A stretch of 63,446 nucleotides of DNA, counting the filler. It is 5 parts of 5 records of this genome, joined end to end, with 100 filler letters (N's around TTAATTAATTAA, not from the genome) between each part and the next. Parts side by side here need not be neighbours in the genome. Positions count along the whole stretch, not along the records: positions 1 to 25,383 come from SRR31156797_5718; 4 more parts are not named here. One strand, given 5' to 3'. Each line of letters starts with the position of its first letter. Position 1 is the first letter of the stretch. Under the pieces are notes generated by a model that saw only the letters and a list, made by a program, of their open reading frames with translations, did no database searches and was not told the DNA's origin. The translations under genes and the position numbers were made by a program. Of the stretch, positions 1 to 12,873 are shown one piece after another.

Positions 1-36
1 CTCGCTGAACCAGCATCTTGAGGTTACTTGAGTATA
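1..36. repeat. End of a Vibrio MITE-like intergenic repeat, truncated by the contig start
   Basis: Reverse complement GTATACTCAAGTAACCTCAAGATGCTGG matches 25314-25341 at 25/28 positions; ends in TATA. Confidence 0.7.
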
Positions 37-79
37 CTAATCCATAACAGCGAATATCGAGTATCTAGGACAGAATTGA

Positions 80-3000
80 ATGTCAGACCCAAAGTTTATC
101 CACTTACGCATTCACAGTGATTTCTCCATGGTTGATGGCCTATCCAAAGTGCCACCCTTGGTAAAGAAAGTGGCCGAAATGGGTATGCCAGCAATGGCGT
201 TAACCGACTTCACCAACTTATGTGGTTTGGTGAAGTTTTATGGCACAGCACATAATTGTGGCATTAAACCGATTATTGGTGCTGATTTCGCCGTCCGTTC
301 TGAAGAGTTTGGTGACGAGTTAACCAAACTTACCGTGCTTGCCAAAAACAATGCGGGTTATAAAAACCTGACCTTACTTATCTCTGAAGCTTATCTACGT
401 GGCCATGTTCAACATCAGCCAGTGATTGATAAAGAATGGTTGGTTAACCATGCAGAAGGTTTGATCATTCTATCCGGTGCTAAGCAGGGCGAAATTGGTA
501 AAGCGTTACTGAAAGGCAATCAACCTCTGGTGGATAAGTGCCTCGAGTTCTATCAAACTCATTTTGCTGACCATTTCTATCTGGAACTTATTCGTACGGG
601 GCGTCCAGACGAAGAGAGTTATTTGCACTTTGCTTTGGAATTAGCAGAGCAACATGAATTGCCTGTTGTTGCTACCAATGAAGTCGTATTCCTCACTGAA
701 GAAGGCTTTGATGCCCACGAAATCCGAGTTGCGATTCATGACGGTTACACGTTAGAAGACCCTCGTCGTCCAAAAAATTACAGTCCACAGCAGTACCTTC
801 GTACCGAAGAAGAAATGTGCGATCTCTTTGCTGACATTCCTGAAGCTCTGCAAAACACAGTCGAGATTGCAAAGCGTTGTAACGTAACTGTACGATTAGG
901 CGAATACTTCCTGCCAGCTTTCCCAACCGAAGGGATGCTCGAAACCGAATTCCTGGTTAAAAAATCGGAAGAAGGGTTAGAAGAGCGTCTGGAATTTCTA
1001 TTCCCTGATGAACAAGAACGCCTTAAGCGTCGTCCTGAGTATGATGATCGTTTGAAAATCGAGTTGGAAGTGATCAACAATATGGGCTTCCCCGGTTACT
1101 TCCTGATCGTAATGGAGTTCATCCAGTGGTCGAAAGATAACGATATCCCAGTAGGTCCGGGGCGTGGTTCTGGTGCTGGCTCGCTGGTGGCATACGCTCT
1201 AAAAATCACAGACCTTGATCCACTTGAATATGATTTACTGTTCGAACGTTTCTTGAACCCAGAACGTGTATCCATGCCCGATTTCGACGTCGACTTTTGT
1301 ATGGATAAGCGTGATAGAGTGATTGATCACGTTGCAGAAATGTATGGCCGTGATGCGGTATCGCAGATCATCACTTTTGGTACCATGGCTGCCAAAGCGG
1401 TAATTCGCGATGTGGGCCGTGTACTAGGGCACCCGTTCGGTTTTGTCGATCGTATATCAAAATTGGTTCCGCCTGATCCGGGTATGACGCTGGAAAAAGC
1501 ATTCAAAGCAGAGCCTGCATTACCTGAACTTTATAGTGCCGATGAGGAAGTAAAAGAACTTATCGACATGTGCCGCATTCTTGAAGGCTGCACTCGTAAC
1601 GCAGGTAAACACGCCGGTGGTGTTGTTATTTCACCAACCACAATTACCGACTTTGCTCCTATTTATGCGGATTCTGAAGGGCATTTTCCTGTCACTCAGT
1701 TTGATAAGAACGATGTTGAAACCGCGGGTTTGGTTAAGTTTGACTTCTTAGGTCTGAGAACATTAACCATCATCGATTGGGCGCTGGGTTTGATAAACCC
1801 TCGAATGGAGAGAGAGGGTAAAGAGCCTGTTCGCATCGAGTCTATTCCATTAGATGATCCAGCATCTTTCCGAGTGTTGCAGAATTCAGAAACTACTGCG
1901 GTATTCCAGCTTGAATCTCGCGGGATGAAAGATCTGATCAAACGTCTTCAGCCAGACTGTTTTGAAGATATTATCGCACTGGTGGCATTGTTCCGTCCGG
2001 GCCCACTTCAGTCGGGCATGGTAGATAACTTTATCGACCGTAAGCACGGACGAGAGGCCGTATCTTATCCGGATGAAACTTGGCAGCACGAATCCTTAAA
2101 AGAAACACTAGAACCAACGTACGGTATTATCCTGTATCAGGAACAGGTAATGCAGATTGCGCAGATTCTTGCTGGTTATACTCTTGGCGGCGCGGATATG
2201 TTGCGTCGTGCGATGGGTAAGAAAAAGCCAGAAGAGATGGCCAAACAGCGTGCTGTGTTCGAAGAAGGCGCGATAAAAAATGGCGTCGATGGCGAACTTG
2301 CGATGAAAATCTTCGATCTTGTAGAGAAATTTGCAGGATATGGCTTTAACAAATCGCACTCTGCCGCCTATGCTTTAGTATCGTATCAAACACTTTGGCT
2401 GAAAACGCACTATCCAGCTGAGTTTATGGCTGCTGTAATGACAGCGGATATGGATAACACTGAGAAAGTGGTTGGTTTGGTGGATGAATGTATCCGCATG
2501 AACTTGAAAGTACTGCCGCCAGATATCAACTCAGGCCTATATCGTTTTAATGTCGATGAAACAGGCGCGATCGTCTACGGTATTGGTGCGATTAAAGGGG
2601 TTGGTGAAGGGCCGATTGAAGCGATTCAGGAAGCGCGTGAAAAAGGTGGCTACTTTAAAGATCTGTTCGATTTCTGTGCTCGAATTGATTTAAAGAAAGT
2701 AAACAAACGCGTTATTGAAAAATTGATTCTGGCGGGGGCTTTAGATCGCTTAGGACCGCACCGTGCGGCTATGATGGCGTCGCTAAATGATGCGGTTAAG
2801 TCTGCGAGCCAACATCACCAAGCAGAAGCTTTTGGTCAAACGGATATGTTTGGTGTGTTGACCGATGCGCCTGAAGAGGTCGAGCAAAAATATACCCAAG
2901 TACCTCAATGGCCAGAGAAAGTTTGGTTAGAAGGTGAGCGAGAAACATTGGGTTTATATTTGACCGGGCACCCAATTAACGCGTATCTAAAGGAACTTAA

Positions 3001-3559
3001 CAAGTACACCAGTTGTCGTTTAAATGAAGCAACACCGACAAGACGAGATCAATCACTTACCGTTGCCGGTTTAGTTATCGCTGCAAGGGTAATGACGACC
3101 AAACGTGGAACGCGTATCGGCTTAATGACACTCGATGACCGTTCAGGTCGGATGGAAGTAATGTTATTCTCTGATGCGCTCGATCGTTACGCCGAAATGC
3201 TAGAAAAAGACAAAATTTTAGTCATATCTGGACAGGTCAGCTTTGATGACTTCAATGGTGGCCTTAAAATGTCGGCGCGCGAAGTGTTGGACTTGGGCAG
3301 CGCGCGTGAAAAATACGCCCGTGGCTTATCAATATCGATAGAACAATCTCAAGTTGATGAGCAGTTTTTTGAGCGTTTTAGTGAAATACTAACGCCTCAC
3401 CGAGCAGGAACCGTTCCTGTCAATGTATACTATCAGCGCCCAGATGCGCGTGCGCGCCTCGTACTTGGTACCGAGTGGCGTGTTACTCCTAGTGATACAT
3501 TGTTAGACGATTTGCAACAGCTACTTGGTAATGACCAGGTAGAACTCGAATTTAACTAA
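80..3559 (+). CDS. dnaE: DNA polymerase III alpha subunit
   Basis: 1159 aa; PHP domain ([11 protein letters not shown]), [17 protein letters not shown] catalytic motif. Confidence 0.99.
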   Translation: MSDPKFIHLRIHSDFSMVDGLSKVPPLVKKVAEMGMPAMALTDFTNLCGLVKFYGTAHNCGIKPIIGADFAVRSEEFGDELTKLTVLAKNNAGYKNLTLLISEAYLRGHVQHQPVIDKEWLVNHAEGLIILSGAKQGEIGKALLKGNQPLVDKCLEFYQTHFADHFYLELIRTGRPDEESYLHFALELAEQHELPVVATNEVVFLTEEGFDAHEIRVAIHDGYTLEDPRRPKNYSPQQYLRTEEEMCDLFADIPEALQNTVEIAKRCNVTVRLGEYFLPAFPTEGMLETEFLVKKSEEGLEERLEFLFPDEQERLKRRPEYDDRLKIELEVINNMGFPGYFLIVMEFIQWSKDNDIPVGPGRGSGAGSLVAYALKITDLDPLEYDLLFERFLNPERVSMPDFDVDFCMDKRDRVIDHVAEMYGRDAVSQIITFGTMAAKAVIRDVGRVLGHPFGFVDRISKLVPPDPGMTLEKAFKAEPALPELYSADEEVKELIDMCRILEGCTRNAGKHAGGVVISPTTITDFAPIYADSEGHFPVTQFDKNDVETAGLVKFDFLGLRTLTIIDWALGLINPRMEREGKEPVRIESIPLDDPASFRVLQNSETTAVFQLESRGMKDLIKRLQPDCFEDIIALVALFRPGPLQSGMVDNFIDRKHGREAVSYPDETWQHESLKETLEPTYGIILYQEQVMQIAQILAGYTLGGADMLRRAMGKKKPEEMAKQRAVFEEGAIKNGVDGELAMKIFDLVEKFAGYGFNKSHSAAYALVSYQTLWLKTHYPAEFMAAVMTADMDNTEKVVGLVDECIRMNLKVLPPDINSGLYRFNVDETGAIVYGIGAIKGVGEGPIEAIQEAREKGGYFKDLFDFCARIDLKKVNKRVIEKLILAGALDRLGPHRAAMMASLNDAVKSASQHHQAEAFGQTDMFGVLTDAPEEVEQKYTQVPQWPEKVWLEGERETLGLYLTGHPINAYLKELNKYTSCRLNEATPTRRDQSLTVAGLVIAARVMTTKRGTRIGLMTLDDRSGRMEVMLFSDALDRYAEMLEKDKILVISGQVSFDDFNGGLKMSAREVLDLGSAREKYARGLSISIEQSQVDEQFFERFSEILTPHRAGTVPVNVYYQRPDARARLVLGTEWRVTPSDTLLDDLQQLLGNDQVELEFN

Positions 3560-3604
3560 AATTCAGCCAAGCCAAAGGTAAGCTGAGTAAAAAAGGATAG
3601 GTAG

Positions 3605-4564
3605 ATGAGCCTAAATTTTCTAGATTTTGAAAAACCTATTGTAGAACTTGAAGCTAAAATTCAGGCGCTGCGTGATGTATCTCGCCACAGTGGTACAGAG
3701 TCTGTTGATCTTGAAAAAGAGATTGCACAACTAGAAAAGAAAAGCTTAGAGCTTAAAAAGAAGATTTTTGGTGACTTAGGTGCGTGGCAAGTAGCACAGC
3801 TAGCTCGTCATCCACAGCGTCCATATACGCTTGATTACATCAATTATGTTTTCACCGAGTTCGATGAACTTGCTGGTGACCGTGCATATGCAGACGATAA
3901 AGCGATTGTTGGTGGTATTGCTCGTTTAGACGATCAACCTGTGATGATCATTGGTCACCAAAAAGGCCGTGAGACACGCGAAAAAGTGAAGCGTAACTTT
4001 GGTATGCCAAAACCGGAAGGTTACCGTAAGGCTCTGCGTCTTATGGAAATGGCGGAACGCTTCAACATGCCAATCATTACATTTATTGACACGGCTGGTG
4101 CGTACCCTGGTGTGGGCGCTGAAGAGCGTGGTCAATCAGAAGCTATCGCTAAAAACTTGAAAGTAATGTCAGGCCTTAAAGTGCCAGTTATTTGTAATGT
4201 TGTTGGTGAAGGTGGTTCAGGTGGTGCACTAGCGATTGGTGTTGGTGACTATGTGAACATGCTTCAGTACTCTACTTACTCGGTTATTTCTCCAGAAGGT
4301 TGTGCATCCATCTTATGGCGTGATTCAGATAAAGCCCCTCAAGCGGCTGAAGCGATGGGGCTTGTTGCTCCACGCTTGAAAGAGTTAGAGCTAATCGATG
4401 AAATCATTACAGAACCTCTAGGTGGTGCGCACCGTAACCATGAAGAGACGGCGGCAAACATGAAGGCGACTTTACTTCGCCAGCTAGAAGACCTGAAAGG
4501 ACTTGATAGCGATTCACTGCTTGAGCGTCGTTACCAGCGTCTATTGAGCTACGGCTACTGCTAA
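3605..4564 (+). CDS. accA: Acetyl-CoA carboxylase carboxyltransferase alpha
   Basis: [34 protein letters not shown]; follows dnaE. Confidence 0.99.
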   Translation: MSLNFLDFEKPIVELEAKIQALRDVSRHSGTESVDLEKEIAQLEKKSLELKKKIFGDLGAWQVAQLARHPQRPYTLDYINYVFTEFDELAGDRAYADDKAIVGGIARLDDQPVMIIGHQKGRETREKVKRNFGMPKPEGYRKALRLMEMAERFNMPIITFIDTAGAYPGVGAEERGQSEAIAKNLKVMSGLKVPVICNVVGEGGSGGALAIGVGDYVNMLQYSTYSVISPEGCASILWRDSDKAPQAAEAMGLVAPRLKELELIDEIITEPLGGAHRNHEETAANMKATLLRQLEDLKGLDSDSLLERRYQRLLSYGYC

Positions 4565-4578
4565 TCAGTCATTATTTG

Positions 4579-4608
4579 AAAAGGGTTGGACGAGTTCCAA
4601 CCCTTTTT
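4579..4608 (+). terminator. Rho-independent terminator after accA
   Basis: AAAAGGGTTGGA-cgagt-TCCAACCCTTTT hairpin with T run. Confidence 0.8.
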
Positions 4609-4665
4609 GTTTTTGTGCCATAAGGTTAAACTCAAGGCTCTGCTTCTTTCTTCTGTGAACTGAAT

Positions 4666-5970
4666 ATGTCCAACTTATACGCACATCTATGTCAGCAACT
4701 GCAACCTTATCATCAACGCCGTTTCGTTCTTGCGTTGAGTGGTGGTGTTGACTCCAGGGTGTTGCTGGCACTGTTGGCGCGTTATCGAGATGAATTTGGA
4801 TCCTCAGTCAGTGCCGTTCATGTTCACCATGGGTTGAGCCAAAACGCAGATAGTTGGGCTTCTCAGTGCCAAAAGTGGTGTGATGATTACAGCATTGAAC
4901 TGAGTATTGAGTATGTTCGATTAGACACTTCTCGAGGTGAAAGTATTGAGAAGTTAGCAAGAGAGGCTCGCTATCAAGCTTTGAACAACCACATTACACA
5001 AGGTGACCTACTTCTGGTTGGTCAGCACGCAGATGATCAGATCGAAACCTTCCTATTGGCATTGAAACGAGGAAGCGGCCCGAAAGGATTATCTTCAATG
5101 GCCAACACATCTTCGTTTGGTTCCGGAACCTTATTTAGACCATTGCTGACGGTTAAAAGGTCTGACATTGAGTCCTGTGCAAATGAGTTAGAGCTGGAGT
5201 GGGTGACTGATGAGAGTAATAGCGACACTCGTTATGAACGTAACTATATTCGCCATAAAATAACACCAGCCCTAACTACTCGTTGGCCCTCGTTTCATGA
5301 ATCGGTTCAACGGACGGTGGAATTGTGTGCTGAACAAGAGTTTCTGTTAGAGGAACTTCTTCATAGCTCTCTACAGCAAGCCATGGCCGAAGATGGCAGT
5401 TTAATCATTAAAGAGCTTATTAAACACAGCGAAGCCGTTCGTCGACAATTGATTCGTCAATGGTTTCGTCGGTGTCATCTACCGATGCCGAGCCGTAAGC
5501 ACACAGATATGATTTGGGATGAGGTGGCTTTGGCAAAATTTGATGCCAACCCTAAACTCAAATTATCGGGTTATGAAGTTCGTCGCTACTGCGGCCACTT
5601 GTATGGTGTCGCTGAATATCAGGATGTTTCGGATTGGAAAAGTAGTGTAAATCCACATCAACCATTGTTGCTTCCTGATAATTTGGGAACGGTCGAGTTA
5701 GTCACCTCTTGTCATGGCTCATTGACCTTGCCCGATAACCATGATGATTTGTGGATCAGCTTTAATCCTGAAGGGTTAAGTGCGTGTCCTGTAGGTCGAG
5801 TTGGTTCAAGGAAGCTGAAAAAACTGTTTCAGGAGTACGCTGTACCAAGTTGGTTGAGACGCCGGATACCGATACTCATGTATCAAAACCAGGTGGTTGC
5901 AGTCGGAAATTTGTTTATTGATCGTGATTTCAGTGGGCAAGATTACGACCTAGTTTGGGACAAAAGTTAA
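4666..5970 (+). CDS. tilS: tRNA(Ile)-lysidine synthetase
   Basis: SGGVDS PP-loop, [20 protein letters not shown], TilS C-terminal KLKKLFQE. Confidence 0.97.
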   Translation: MSNLYAHLCQQLQPYHQRRFVLALSGGVDSRVLLALLARYRDEFGSSVSAVHVHHGLSQNADSWASQCQKWCDDYSIELSIEYVRLDTSRGESIEKLAREARYQALNNHITQGDLLLVGQHADDQIETFLLALKRGSGPKGLSSMANTSSFGSGTLFRPLLTVKRSDIESCANELELEWVTDESNSDTRYERNYIRHKITPALTTRWPSFHESVQRTVELCAEQEFLLEELLHSSLQQAMAEDGSLIIKELIKHSEAVRRQLIRQWFRRCHLPMPSRKHTDMIWDEVALAKFDANPKLKLSGYEVRRYCGHLYGVAEYQDVSDWKSSVNPHQPLLLPDNLGTVELVTSCHGSLTLPDNHDDLWISFNPEGLSACPVGRVGSRKLKKLFQEYAVPSWLRRRIPILMYQNQVVAVGNLFIDRDFSGQDYDLVWDKS

Positions 5971-6075
5971 CTTTCGTGTCACTATTATTTTCAAGTATGT
6001 GAGTGATATGCCTAAGTATTTTATGAGTAGTTAGGTATATGGAAAATGATAAAAATAGTTAGATAAGGAAGCGTA

Positions 6076-6387
6076 ATGAATAAAATAGTCGTTAGTGTTG
6101 CTTTGGGGCTTGGCTTATTGGCTGGAAACGCTGTTGCTGGTGATATTGAAGCTGGGAAAGCTAAGTCAGCGGTTTGTGCCGCATGTCACGGAGCGGATGG
6201 TATTGCTGTTATCCCTGGTTATCCTAATCTTAAAGGACAAAGCGAGCAGTATATTGTATCTTCAATTAAAGCTTATAAAGCGGGGCAACGTACTGGTGGT
6301 CTTGCTGCGGTCATGCAGGCTCAAGCGTCTATGTTGAGTGATGCTGATATTGCTAACCTTGCCGCTTATTACGCAAGCTTGAAGTAA
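6076..6387 (+). CDS. Periplasmic monoheme c-type cytochrome (c553/c554-like)
   Basis: Signal peptide, CAACH heme motif, distal Met region. Confidence 0.93.
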   Translation: MNKIVVSVALGLGLLAGNAVAGDIEAGKAKSAVCAACHGADGIAVIPGYPNLKGQSEQYIVSSIKAYKAGQRTGGLAAVMQAQASMLSDADIANLAAYYASLK

Positions 6388-6443
6388 TTATTTGATTGTT
6401 TTCAAGGGCTAGCGGATAATGCCTACCATTGATACAAGTTTAA

Positions 6444-6791
<348 letters not shown>

Positions 6792-6817
6792 AAAAAAGGA
6801 GCTCCGGCTCCTTTTTT
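6792..6817 (+). terminator. Rho-independent terminator after glnB
   Basis: AAAAAAGGAGC-tccg-GCTCCTTTTTT. Confidence 0.85.
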
Positions 6818-6886
6818 ACCGTCTGTTTTAATCTGCAGAGTTAACCTACGTTTGTGGTTAACCTTGTTATCCCGCCTTTAAGAACT

Positions 6887-7741
6887 ATGAAAAAACGATA
6901 TTTCTTCCTCATTGCCCTTGTGGTTACGTTAACCAGTACTTTATTGGGCTACCAATGGGTGTTTAATGTTCCTTTGCAACCACAGCTATTGACTGTGGGA
7001 GAGAACTCAAGCGGCCAACCTTTGGTTTGTTATCAAGACCCCAATGCAAAACCACTTGATGATAATGGTGAAATTAAGGTGCTGGTTTGGAACATCTATA
7101 AACAAAACCGTACCAATTGGAGTGAGGCTCTTGGCAAGTTCAGTCAGGATAAACAGTTATTGTTAATGCAGGAAGCGAGCTTAACCGAAGAGTTTAAATC
7201 GTGGATTGCCAATAATGGCTGGGGAGGCAATCAAGTCAATGCGTTCAAGGTTATGGGCGAATCAGCAGGTGTCGTTAATCTCGCTAAAACCATGCCAACC
7301 CTTGCTTGTGGATATACAGAGATGGAGCCGTGGCTGCGGTTACCTAAATCAGGGATTTATGCACGTTACCCGTTAAGTAACGGTGAAACGTTATCGGTTG
7401 TGAATGTTCATGCGGTGAACTTTACTTATGGAACACAAGAATATCAGCTACAGTTAAACGCGCTCGCGGAAGAACTGGAAAAGCATCAAGGCCCTGTAAT
7501 CGTTGCCGGGGACTTCAATAGTTGGAGTGAGCAACGCCTTGATGTGATGAAAAAGGTGCTGTTTTCGTTGGGCTTACAAGAGGCGGAGTTTTCACCTGAT
7601 CATAGAATACGATTTATGACAGGGTTGCCACTTGACCATGTATTTTATAAAGGGCTGGTGGTTAAAAACGCAAAAGCGCCCGAATCGGACGCTTCTGATC
7701 ATAATCCATTGCTACTCAGTTTTAGCCTATTGCAATACTAA
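6887..7741 (+). CDS. Endonuclease/exonuclease/phosphatase family protein (YafD-like)
   Basis: WNIYK, LMQE, GDFNSW, LDHVF, SDHNPL motifs; N-terminal TM. Confidence 0.9.
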   Translation: MKKRYFFLIALVVTLTSTLLGYQWVFNVPLQPQLLTVGENSSGQPLVCYQDPNAKPLDDNGEIKVLVWNIYKQNRTNWSEALGKFSQDKQLLLMQEASLTEEFKSWIANNGWGGNQVNAFKVMGESAGVVNLAKTMPTLACGYTEMEPWLRLPKSGIYARYPLSNGETLSVVNVHAVNFTYGTQEYQLQLNALAEELEKHQGPVIVAGDFNSWSEQRLDVMKKVLFSLGLQEAEFSPDHRIRFMTGLPLDHVFYKGLVVKNAKAPESDASDHNPLLLSFSLLQY

Positions 7742-8408
7742 CCGCCCAAATGCCGTAGTAGGCCGCCCATGGCAGCGTTGCTATCACTAAAGCCTGACCT
7801 CGTTCAATTTGAGTCCAGGTTATAACCGCCGCATAGCCCAAGAAAATATACCAAGGCAATAGGAGTGGGAAAGAGCTAGCAAATTGTGACCAAAGGTTAG
7901 TGATCGGCAGCTTAATTAGTCCGTTCACGCTGTTGAGATCAGCGGCATAACTCATCACCTGCCCATGTTTCAGTAGCAAGCTTGCGTAGCTCGCAAGATC
8001 ACCGATCACCGCAGGAAAAATAATAACAGAACTCGCTGCGAACCATTTCCAGAAACCAAGCTTATTTTGTCCCTGACGTGTAGCCAGATTAAACCACAAT
8101 GCTAATAAGATAATGGTTAAGGTTCGGCCCATCACATCACTGATGATTTCACTGGCAAGTAACGTGTCAGCTTCAAGAAGATCGATCAGATCTGGGTTGG
8201 TTGCGGCCATTTGCGCCGATAAACCTGCTTTTAGCCATTCGAAATCGACATTCGCAAAGTAGGCTCCCCAGAAAAGGAATGGTGTAATCATCAATACGAT
8301 GAAAGGTTGCCAGCCCCAAGCTCCTCGCTCATAAAGTGCGGCAAAGCAGTCTTGAGGTGAGCGAAAAATATCCACTAGCATAACCAAAGGATTACTGGAC
8401 GGGTTCAT
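7722..8408 (-). CDS. YIP1-like multi-pass membrane protein
   Basis: 228 aa, about 5 hydrophobic segments, overlaps mltD stop. Confidence 0.7.
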   Translation of the reverse strand: MNPSSNPLVMLVDIFRSPQDCFAALYERGAWGWQPFIVLMITPFLFWGAYFANVDFEWLKAGLSAQMAATNPDLIDLLEADTLLASEIISDVMGRTLTIILLALWFNLATRQGQNKLGFWKWFAASSVIIFPAVIGDLASYASLLLKHGQVMSYAADLNSVNGLIKLPITNLWSQFASSFPLLLPWYIFLGYAAVITWTQIERGQALVIATLPWAAYYGIWAVSIAIG

Positions 8409-9976
8409 ACGCTAACCTTAGTAACATCGACATAGAGTTTCAGGTTTTGACCTGGTTTTAGATACTTCTTGTTGGACAAATCATTCCACTTAACAATGTC
8501 CGCCGTTTTTACTTTGAACTTACTTGCGATGCCACTCAGAGTATCCCCATTACGAACTTTGTAGACAACTGTCCGGATAATGGCGCCATCAGTACTGTTC
8601 TTCCAAATAACCAGTTTTTGCCCTACGCGTAGTGTATCTCTTGGTCCCATGCCGTTCCATTTTGCTAGAGCGGTGTGAGAGACATTGTTGCGTCGAGCTA
8701 TAGTCCAAAGGCTATCACCTTCTCTGACCGTATGGGTTTGCTTGTATTTGCCACGAGCTATGGACTGAGTTTTCTCAAGTCTGTTGCTTGCGCTTAGTAC
8801 GTACGCTTTTTCATCTTTAACAGAGGTAGGGATCATTAAATATCGACCGACACGAATACTGTTATTCGGTAGGTTGTTCGCTGTCTTAATGATTTTAGTT
8901 GTCGTACCGTGTTTGGCGGCAATAACGCTTAAACTATCGCCTGACTTGATTTTGTAGCGAACGAGCTTCATGCCTTTGCCACGGTTAGCTTCAACATTTT
9001 TTAAAAATGGCTCTACCTTATCAATCGGTAGCAGTAACTGATGTGGGCCATCGGGTGCTGTTGCCCACTGGTTATAGGCTGGGTTGTAGCTTTGTAGCTC
9101 TTTCACATTCAGACCCGCGTAGTTAGCTGCGATGGCCAAATCCAGTTGTTCTTTCGGGTTGACCAGTTTTAGCACCGGCTTATTGGCGATAGGCGGAATA
9201 TCGACGCCATACTCTTTTTTGTGAGCAAGAATGTCTGCTAACGCGAGTAGTTTAGGCACATAACCACTGGTCTCTTTTGGTAGGTCTAATGAGAAGAAAT
9301 CAATCGGTTTACCTAATTTTTTGTTCTTGCGAATGGCACTTGAAACTCGGCCACCACCACTGTTATAAGCAGCGATAGCATGTTGCCAGTCGCCATCAAA
9401 ACGTTTGTTCAAGTTTGTCAGATAATCGAGAGCCGCGTCAGTTGCCGCATCCACATCTCGACGACCGTCGTACCAGAAGTTCTGTTCTAGGCCGTACATT
9501 TTTCCCGTTGCTGGCACAAATTGCCATAATCCAGCTGCGCTACCATGAGAATAAGCAAAGGCATCGAAAGCACTTTCAACAATAGGCAGTAAAGCGAGTT
9601 CTAAAGGAAGGCCTCGCTGCTCGATTTTTTCTGTAATCAAATACAGGAAGGGTTGAGCACGTTCAGACACTTTTTTCAGGTGGCTAGGGTGCTTGAGGTA
9701 CCATGTCCGGTAGTAATCGACAGTTTTATGCTTGGGAATGCCCAGTTCCAACTGCATAGCGATACGCTGCCAAACGTCTTCCTGTTCTTGTGGCGTGATG
9801 ACTTTCGGCGGCTCAACTTTTTGTACAGGCGTTGATGCTACAGGAGCCGTCTTTTGTTTAACCACGGGTTGAGGTGTATTCACTTCAACATTGTCTGGCG
9901 TTGTTTGGTCTACTGGCTGGTTTAATTGGCATCCGGCTAACATCATTGCCAACAAACAGCTAATTTGTAATCGCAT
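8405..9976 (-). CDS. mltD: Membrane-bound lytic murein transglycosylase D
   Basis: Lipobox LAGC, SLT motifs (IVES, AAGLWQF, AAYNSG), three C-terminal LysM repeats. Confidence 0.95.
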   Translation of the reverse strand: MRLQISCLLAMMLAGCQLNQPVDQTTPDNVEVNTPQPVVKQKTAPVASTPVQKVEPPKVITPQEQEDVWQRIAMQLELGIPKHKTVDYYRTWYLKHPSHLKKVSERAQPFLYLITEKIEQRGLPLELALLPIVESAFDAFAYSHGSAAGLWQFVPATGKMYGLEQNFWYDGRRDVDAATDAALDYLTNLNKRFDGDWQHAIAAYNSGGGRVSSAIRKNKKLGKPIDFFSLDLPKETSGYVPKLLALADILAHKKEYGVDIPPIANKPVLKLVNPKEQLDLAIAANYAGLNVKELQSYNPAYNQWATAPDGPHQLLLPIDKVEPFLKNVEANRGKGMKLVRYKIKSGDSLSVIAAKHGTTTKIIKTANNLPNNSIRVGRYLMIPTSVKDEKAYVLSASNRLEKTQSIARGKYKQTHTVREGDSLWTIARRNNVSHTALAKWNGMGPRDTLRVGQKLVIWKNSTDGAIIRTVVYKVRNGDTLSGIASKFKVKTADIVKWNDLSNKKYLKPGQNLKLYVDVTKVSV

Positions 9977-10048
9977 GAAAAACTGTCTTTTTGTTAAATG
10001 GCTGAAGATGATACTTGTCGATTTATTGCTCTGACAAGTGGCAAATTC

Positions 10049-10807
10049 CTAAAAATGGTTTTTCCACTCACGTAAAGCTGAAAATATTGATATAGGATCG
10101 TTTTCAGCGGTTCGATTTGCCACCGATTTGATTACGCTAGGTTCTTGAGTTCTAAGGAATGGATTGACCCATTTTTCTCTTCGAAGTGTGGTTGGAATTG
10201 TGGGTTTGTCTTGTGCTCTTAAGCGTATAACTTCGTCACGATAAATTTGTAACTGTTCGTTATTGGGCTCTACGGCAATCGCAAACGCGATATTGCTGGC
10301 TGTATATTCGTGCGCACAATACACCTCTGTTTCTTCAGGTAGTGCTGCAAGCTTTTCTAAAGAGGTATACATCTCTTCCATTGTCCCTTCGAATACTCGA
10401 CCACAACCACCAGAAAATAAAACGTCACCACAGAACAATTTACCATCGCCAACATAACCAATATGGCCCAATGTATGGCCTGGTAAACCCAGCACCAAAA
10501 AGCATTCGTCAAACAGCGTAATTTGATCGCCTGCAGAAACTTGCTGAGTTAGGTTGGAAACAGGGTCATTTTCTGGGCCAATGACTTTAACGTCAGAATA
10601 GCGTTCAATCAGTGATTTAACGCCGCCAGTATGGTCGTGATGGTGATGGGTAATGAGAATGGTATCTAACGTTAAATCATGCTGTTCTATATACTTTAAG
10701 ACAGGTTGAGCATCTCCTGGGTCTACAACAGCGCAACGGCGATCGCTATTTTCAATTAGCCAGATGTAATTGTCATTAAATGCGGGTATGCTTTTGATCT
10801 GTAACAT
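10049..10807 (-). CDS. gloB: Hydroxyacylglutathione hydrolase (glyoxalase II)
   Basis: THHHHDH, PGHTLGH, CAHEYT; start at MLQIKSIP. Confidence 0.96.
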   Translation of the reverse strand: MLQIKSIPAFNDNYIWLIENSDRRCAVVDPGDAQPVLKYIEQHDLTLDTILITHHHHDHTGGVKSLIERYSDVKVIGPENDPVSNLTQQVSAGDQITLFDECFLVLGLPGHTLGHIGYVGDGKLFCGDVLFSGGCGRVFEGTMEEMYTSLEKLAALPEETEVYCAHEYTASNIAFAIAVEPNNEQLQIYRDEVIRLRAQDKPTIPTTLRREKWVNPFLRTQEPSVIKSVANRTAENDPISIFSALREWKNHF

Positions 10808-10846
10808 GAGTTGTCTCCAAGTCACCTTTGTGAAAGCGGGTTAGCG

Positions 10847-11584
10847 ATGAAACCAGCACGCAGCGAAAAAAAGATTGAGAAACCACATTCTTGGTCACAA
10901 TTGAAAAATGGTCAATGGGTTAGTGACTCTATTCAAACTCGAATAGATGAGTGGTGCCCCAGATTATTCGGTTACCATTTGCTAAAACTTGGTGGCTTGA
11001 GTTGCGAATTGTCTAGTGTTAACTGCAATATTCAGCATCAGGTTAATCTCGATATTCATAATCCTTTGCACAATGTTATCGCGGATGGTTTCTATCTTCC
11101 TTTCTTTGAGAAAAGCATTGATGTTGCCGTTCTCGCTCACCAGTTGGATTACTGTAACGATCCGCACCGCATGCTGCGCGAAGTCGATCGCGTATTAATC
11201 GATGATGGCTATATCATTATCACCGGTTTTAATCCTATTAGCTTTACAGGCTTAGCGAGACTAATGCCATGGCGTAAGAACAATTTACCCTGGAGTGGCA
11301 GAATGTTCACACCGAATCGGGTAAAAGATTGGCTGGGACTCTTGAATTATCAGGTGATTGAGTGTGACCGCTATGCGTTGTTCCCTATGCAGAAAAACCG
11401 AGCCTTTTGGACATGGCTAGAAAACGGTCGAGGGGACTTCGGGGCTACATTCTGTAGTTTGTATTTTATTGTTGCTCGTAAGAGAACTTATCCGCTTAAG
11501 CCTATAAAACCTCACTGGCGCTTGAAACGTCGCTTGTCTCCTTTGGGAGTCAATTATCGTGTCAACGCCAATGATGAATCGTGA
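10847..11584 (+). CDS. SAM-dependent methyltransferase (YafS-like)
   Basis: Lies between gloB and rnhA; DPHRMLREVDRVL, ITGFNP. Confidence 0.88.
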   Translation: MKPARSEKKIEKPHSWSQLKNGQWVSDSIQTRIDEWCPRLFGYHLLKLGGLSCELSSVNCNIQHQVNLDIHNPLHNVIADGFYLPFFEKSIDVAVLAHQLDYCNDPHRMLREVDRVLIDDGYIIITGFNPISFTGLARLMPWRKNNLPWSGRMFTPNRVKDWLGLLNYQVIECDRYALFPMQKNRAFWTWLENGRGDFGATFCSLYFIVARKRTYPLKPIKPHWRLKRRLSPLGVNYRVNANDES

Positions 11585-12049
11585 TTATTCGGCTTGGTAA
11601 CCGACATCTTCTTCGGTAGGGTTTTCAGCTGCCACACGTGCAAGTTCATCACACATTTCATTTTCTCTATGACCTGCGTGACCTTTAACCCAGTGCCATT
11701 CGACTTGGTGACGGGCGGTTTCTTGATCTAAAGCTTGCCATAGGTCGGCATTTTTGACTGGCTTTTTAGCCGCTGTTTTCCAGCCTTTTTTCTTCCAGTT
11801 ATGGATCCACTGCGTGATACCCTGACGAACATATTGGCTGTCAGTCGTCAGAATTACGTTGCAGGGTTCTTTTAACGTTTGCAAAGCCACAACGGCAGCC
11901 AACATTTCCATACGGTTGTTGGTTGTGAGTTTATAGCCTTTAGCTAATGTTTTTTCGGTATTCTTGTAGCGAAGAACAACCCCATAGCCGCCAGGGCCAG
12001 GATTGCCTAAACACGAACCATCAGTGAAAATTTCCACCTGTTTCTTCAT
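11585..12049 (-). CDS. rnhA: Ribonuclease HI
   Basis: [34 protein letters not shown]. Confidence 0.99.
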   Translation of the reverse strand: MKKQVEIFTDGSCLGNPGPGGYGVVLRYKNTEKTLAKGYKLTTNNRMEMLAAVVALQTLKEPCNVILTTDSQYVRQGITQWIHNWKKKGWKTAAKKPVKNADLWQALDQETARHQVEWHWVKGHAGHRENEMCDELARVAAENPTEEDVGYQAE

Positions 12050-12105
12050 GATTTGATACTATTGGTTTACGCACACATTTGGCATAGTCTGACATATATA
12101 TCCTT

Positions 12106-12849
12106 ATGAATACTAGCAGCAATTCAGAATACAACCGCATTGTGGTTCTCGATACCGAAACAACCGGTATGAATTTAGAAGGTGGCCCGCACTACGAAGG
12201 GCACCGAATCATTGAAATCGGTGCGGTAGAAATTATTAACCGTAAGCTTACTGGTCGCCATTTTCACGTTTACCTAAAGCCGGATAGAGATATTCAGGCA
12301 GAGGCGGTTGAAGTTCACGGTATTACCGACGAGTTCCTGGTAGATAAACCAGAGTACCGAGATGTTCACCAGGAATTTATAGAGTTTATCAAAGACGCTG
12401 AATTGGTCGCCCACAACGCGCCCTTCGATGTCGGCTTTATGGATTATGAATTTTCCAAGTTAGCCGGTGTCGAACTTAAAACCGAGCAAGTTTGTAAAAT
12501 CACCGATACGCTGGCGATGGCGAAGAAAATCTTCCCAGGTAAGCGTAACAACCTTGATATTCTTTGTGAACGTTATGGTATTGATAACTCTCACCGTACT
12601 CTTCACGGCGCTTTGCTCGATGCGGAGATTCTAGCGGACGTTTACCTGTTGATGACGGGGGGACAAACGTCTTTGCAATTTAACCCGGGTAGCCAAAATG
12701 GTGGTGAAGCGGGATCTGAATCAATAAAAAGAGTGGAAAGTGGACGAAAAGCTCTAAAGATATTAATGGCAACCGCCGATGAACTAGATGCGCATCAAGA
12801 ACGTCTAGATCTTGTTGAAAAAAATGGTTCTTGTCTTTGGCGACAATAA
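12106..12849 (+). CDS. dnaQ: DNA polymerase III epsilon subunit
   Basis: LDTETTG, AHNAPFD, HGALLDAEIL; divergent from rnhA. Confidence 0.99.
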   Translation: MNTSSNSEYNRIVVLDTETTGMNLEGGPHYEGHRIIEIGAVEIINRKLTGRHFHVYLKPDRDIQAEAVEVHGITDEFLVDKPEYRDVHQEFIEFIKDAELVAHNAPFDVGFMDYEFSKLAGVELKTEQVCKITDTLAMAKKIFPGKRNNLDILCERYGIDNSHRTLHGALLDAEILADVYLLMTGGQTSLQFNPGSQNGGEAGSESIKRVESGRKALKILMATADELDAHQERLDLVEKNGSCLWRQ

Positions 12850-12873
12850 CGTCTGTTGATCTTGGGAGATAAT

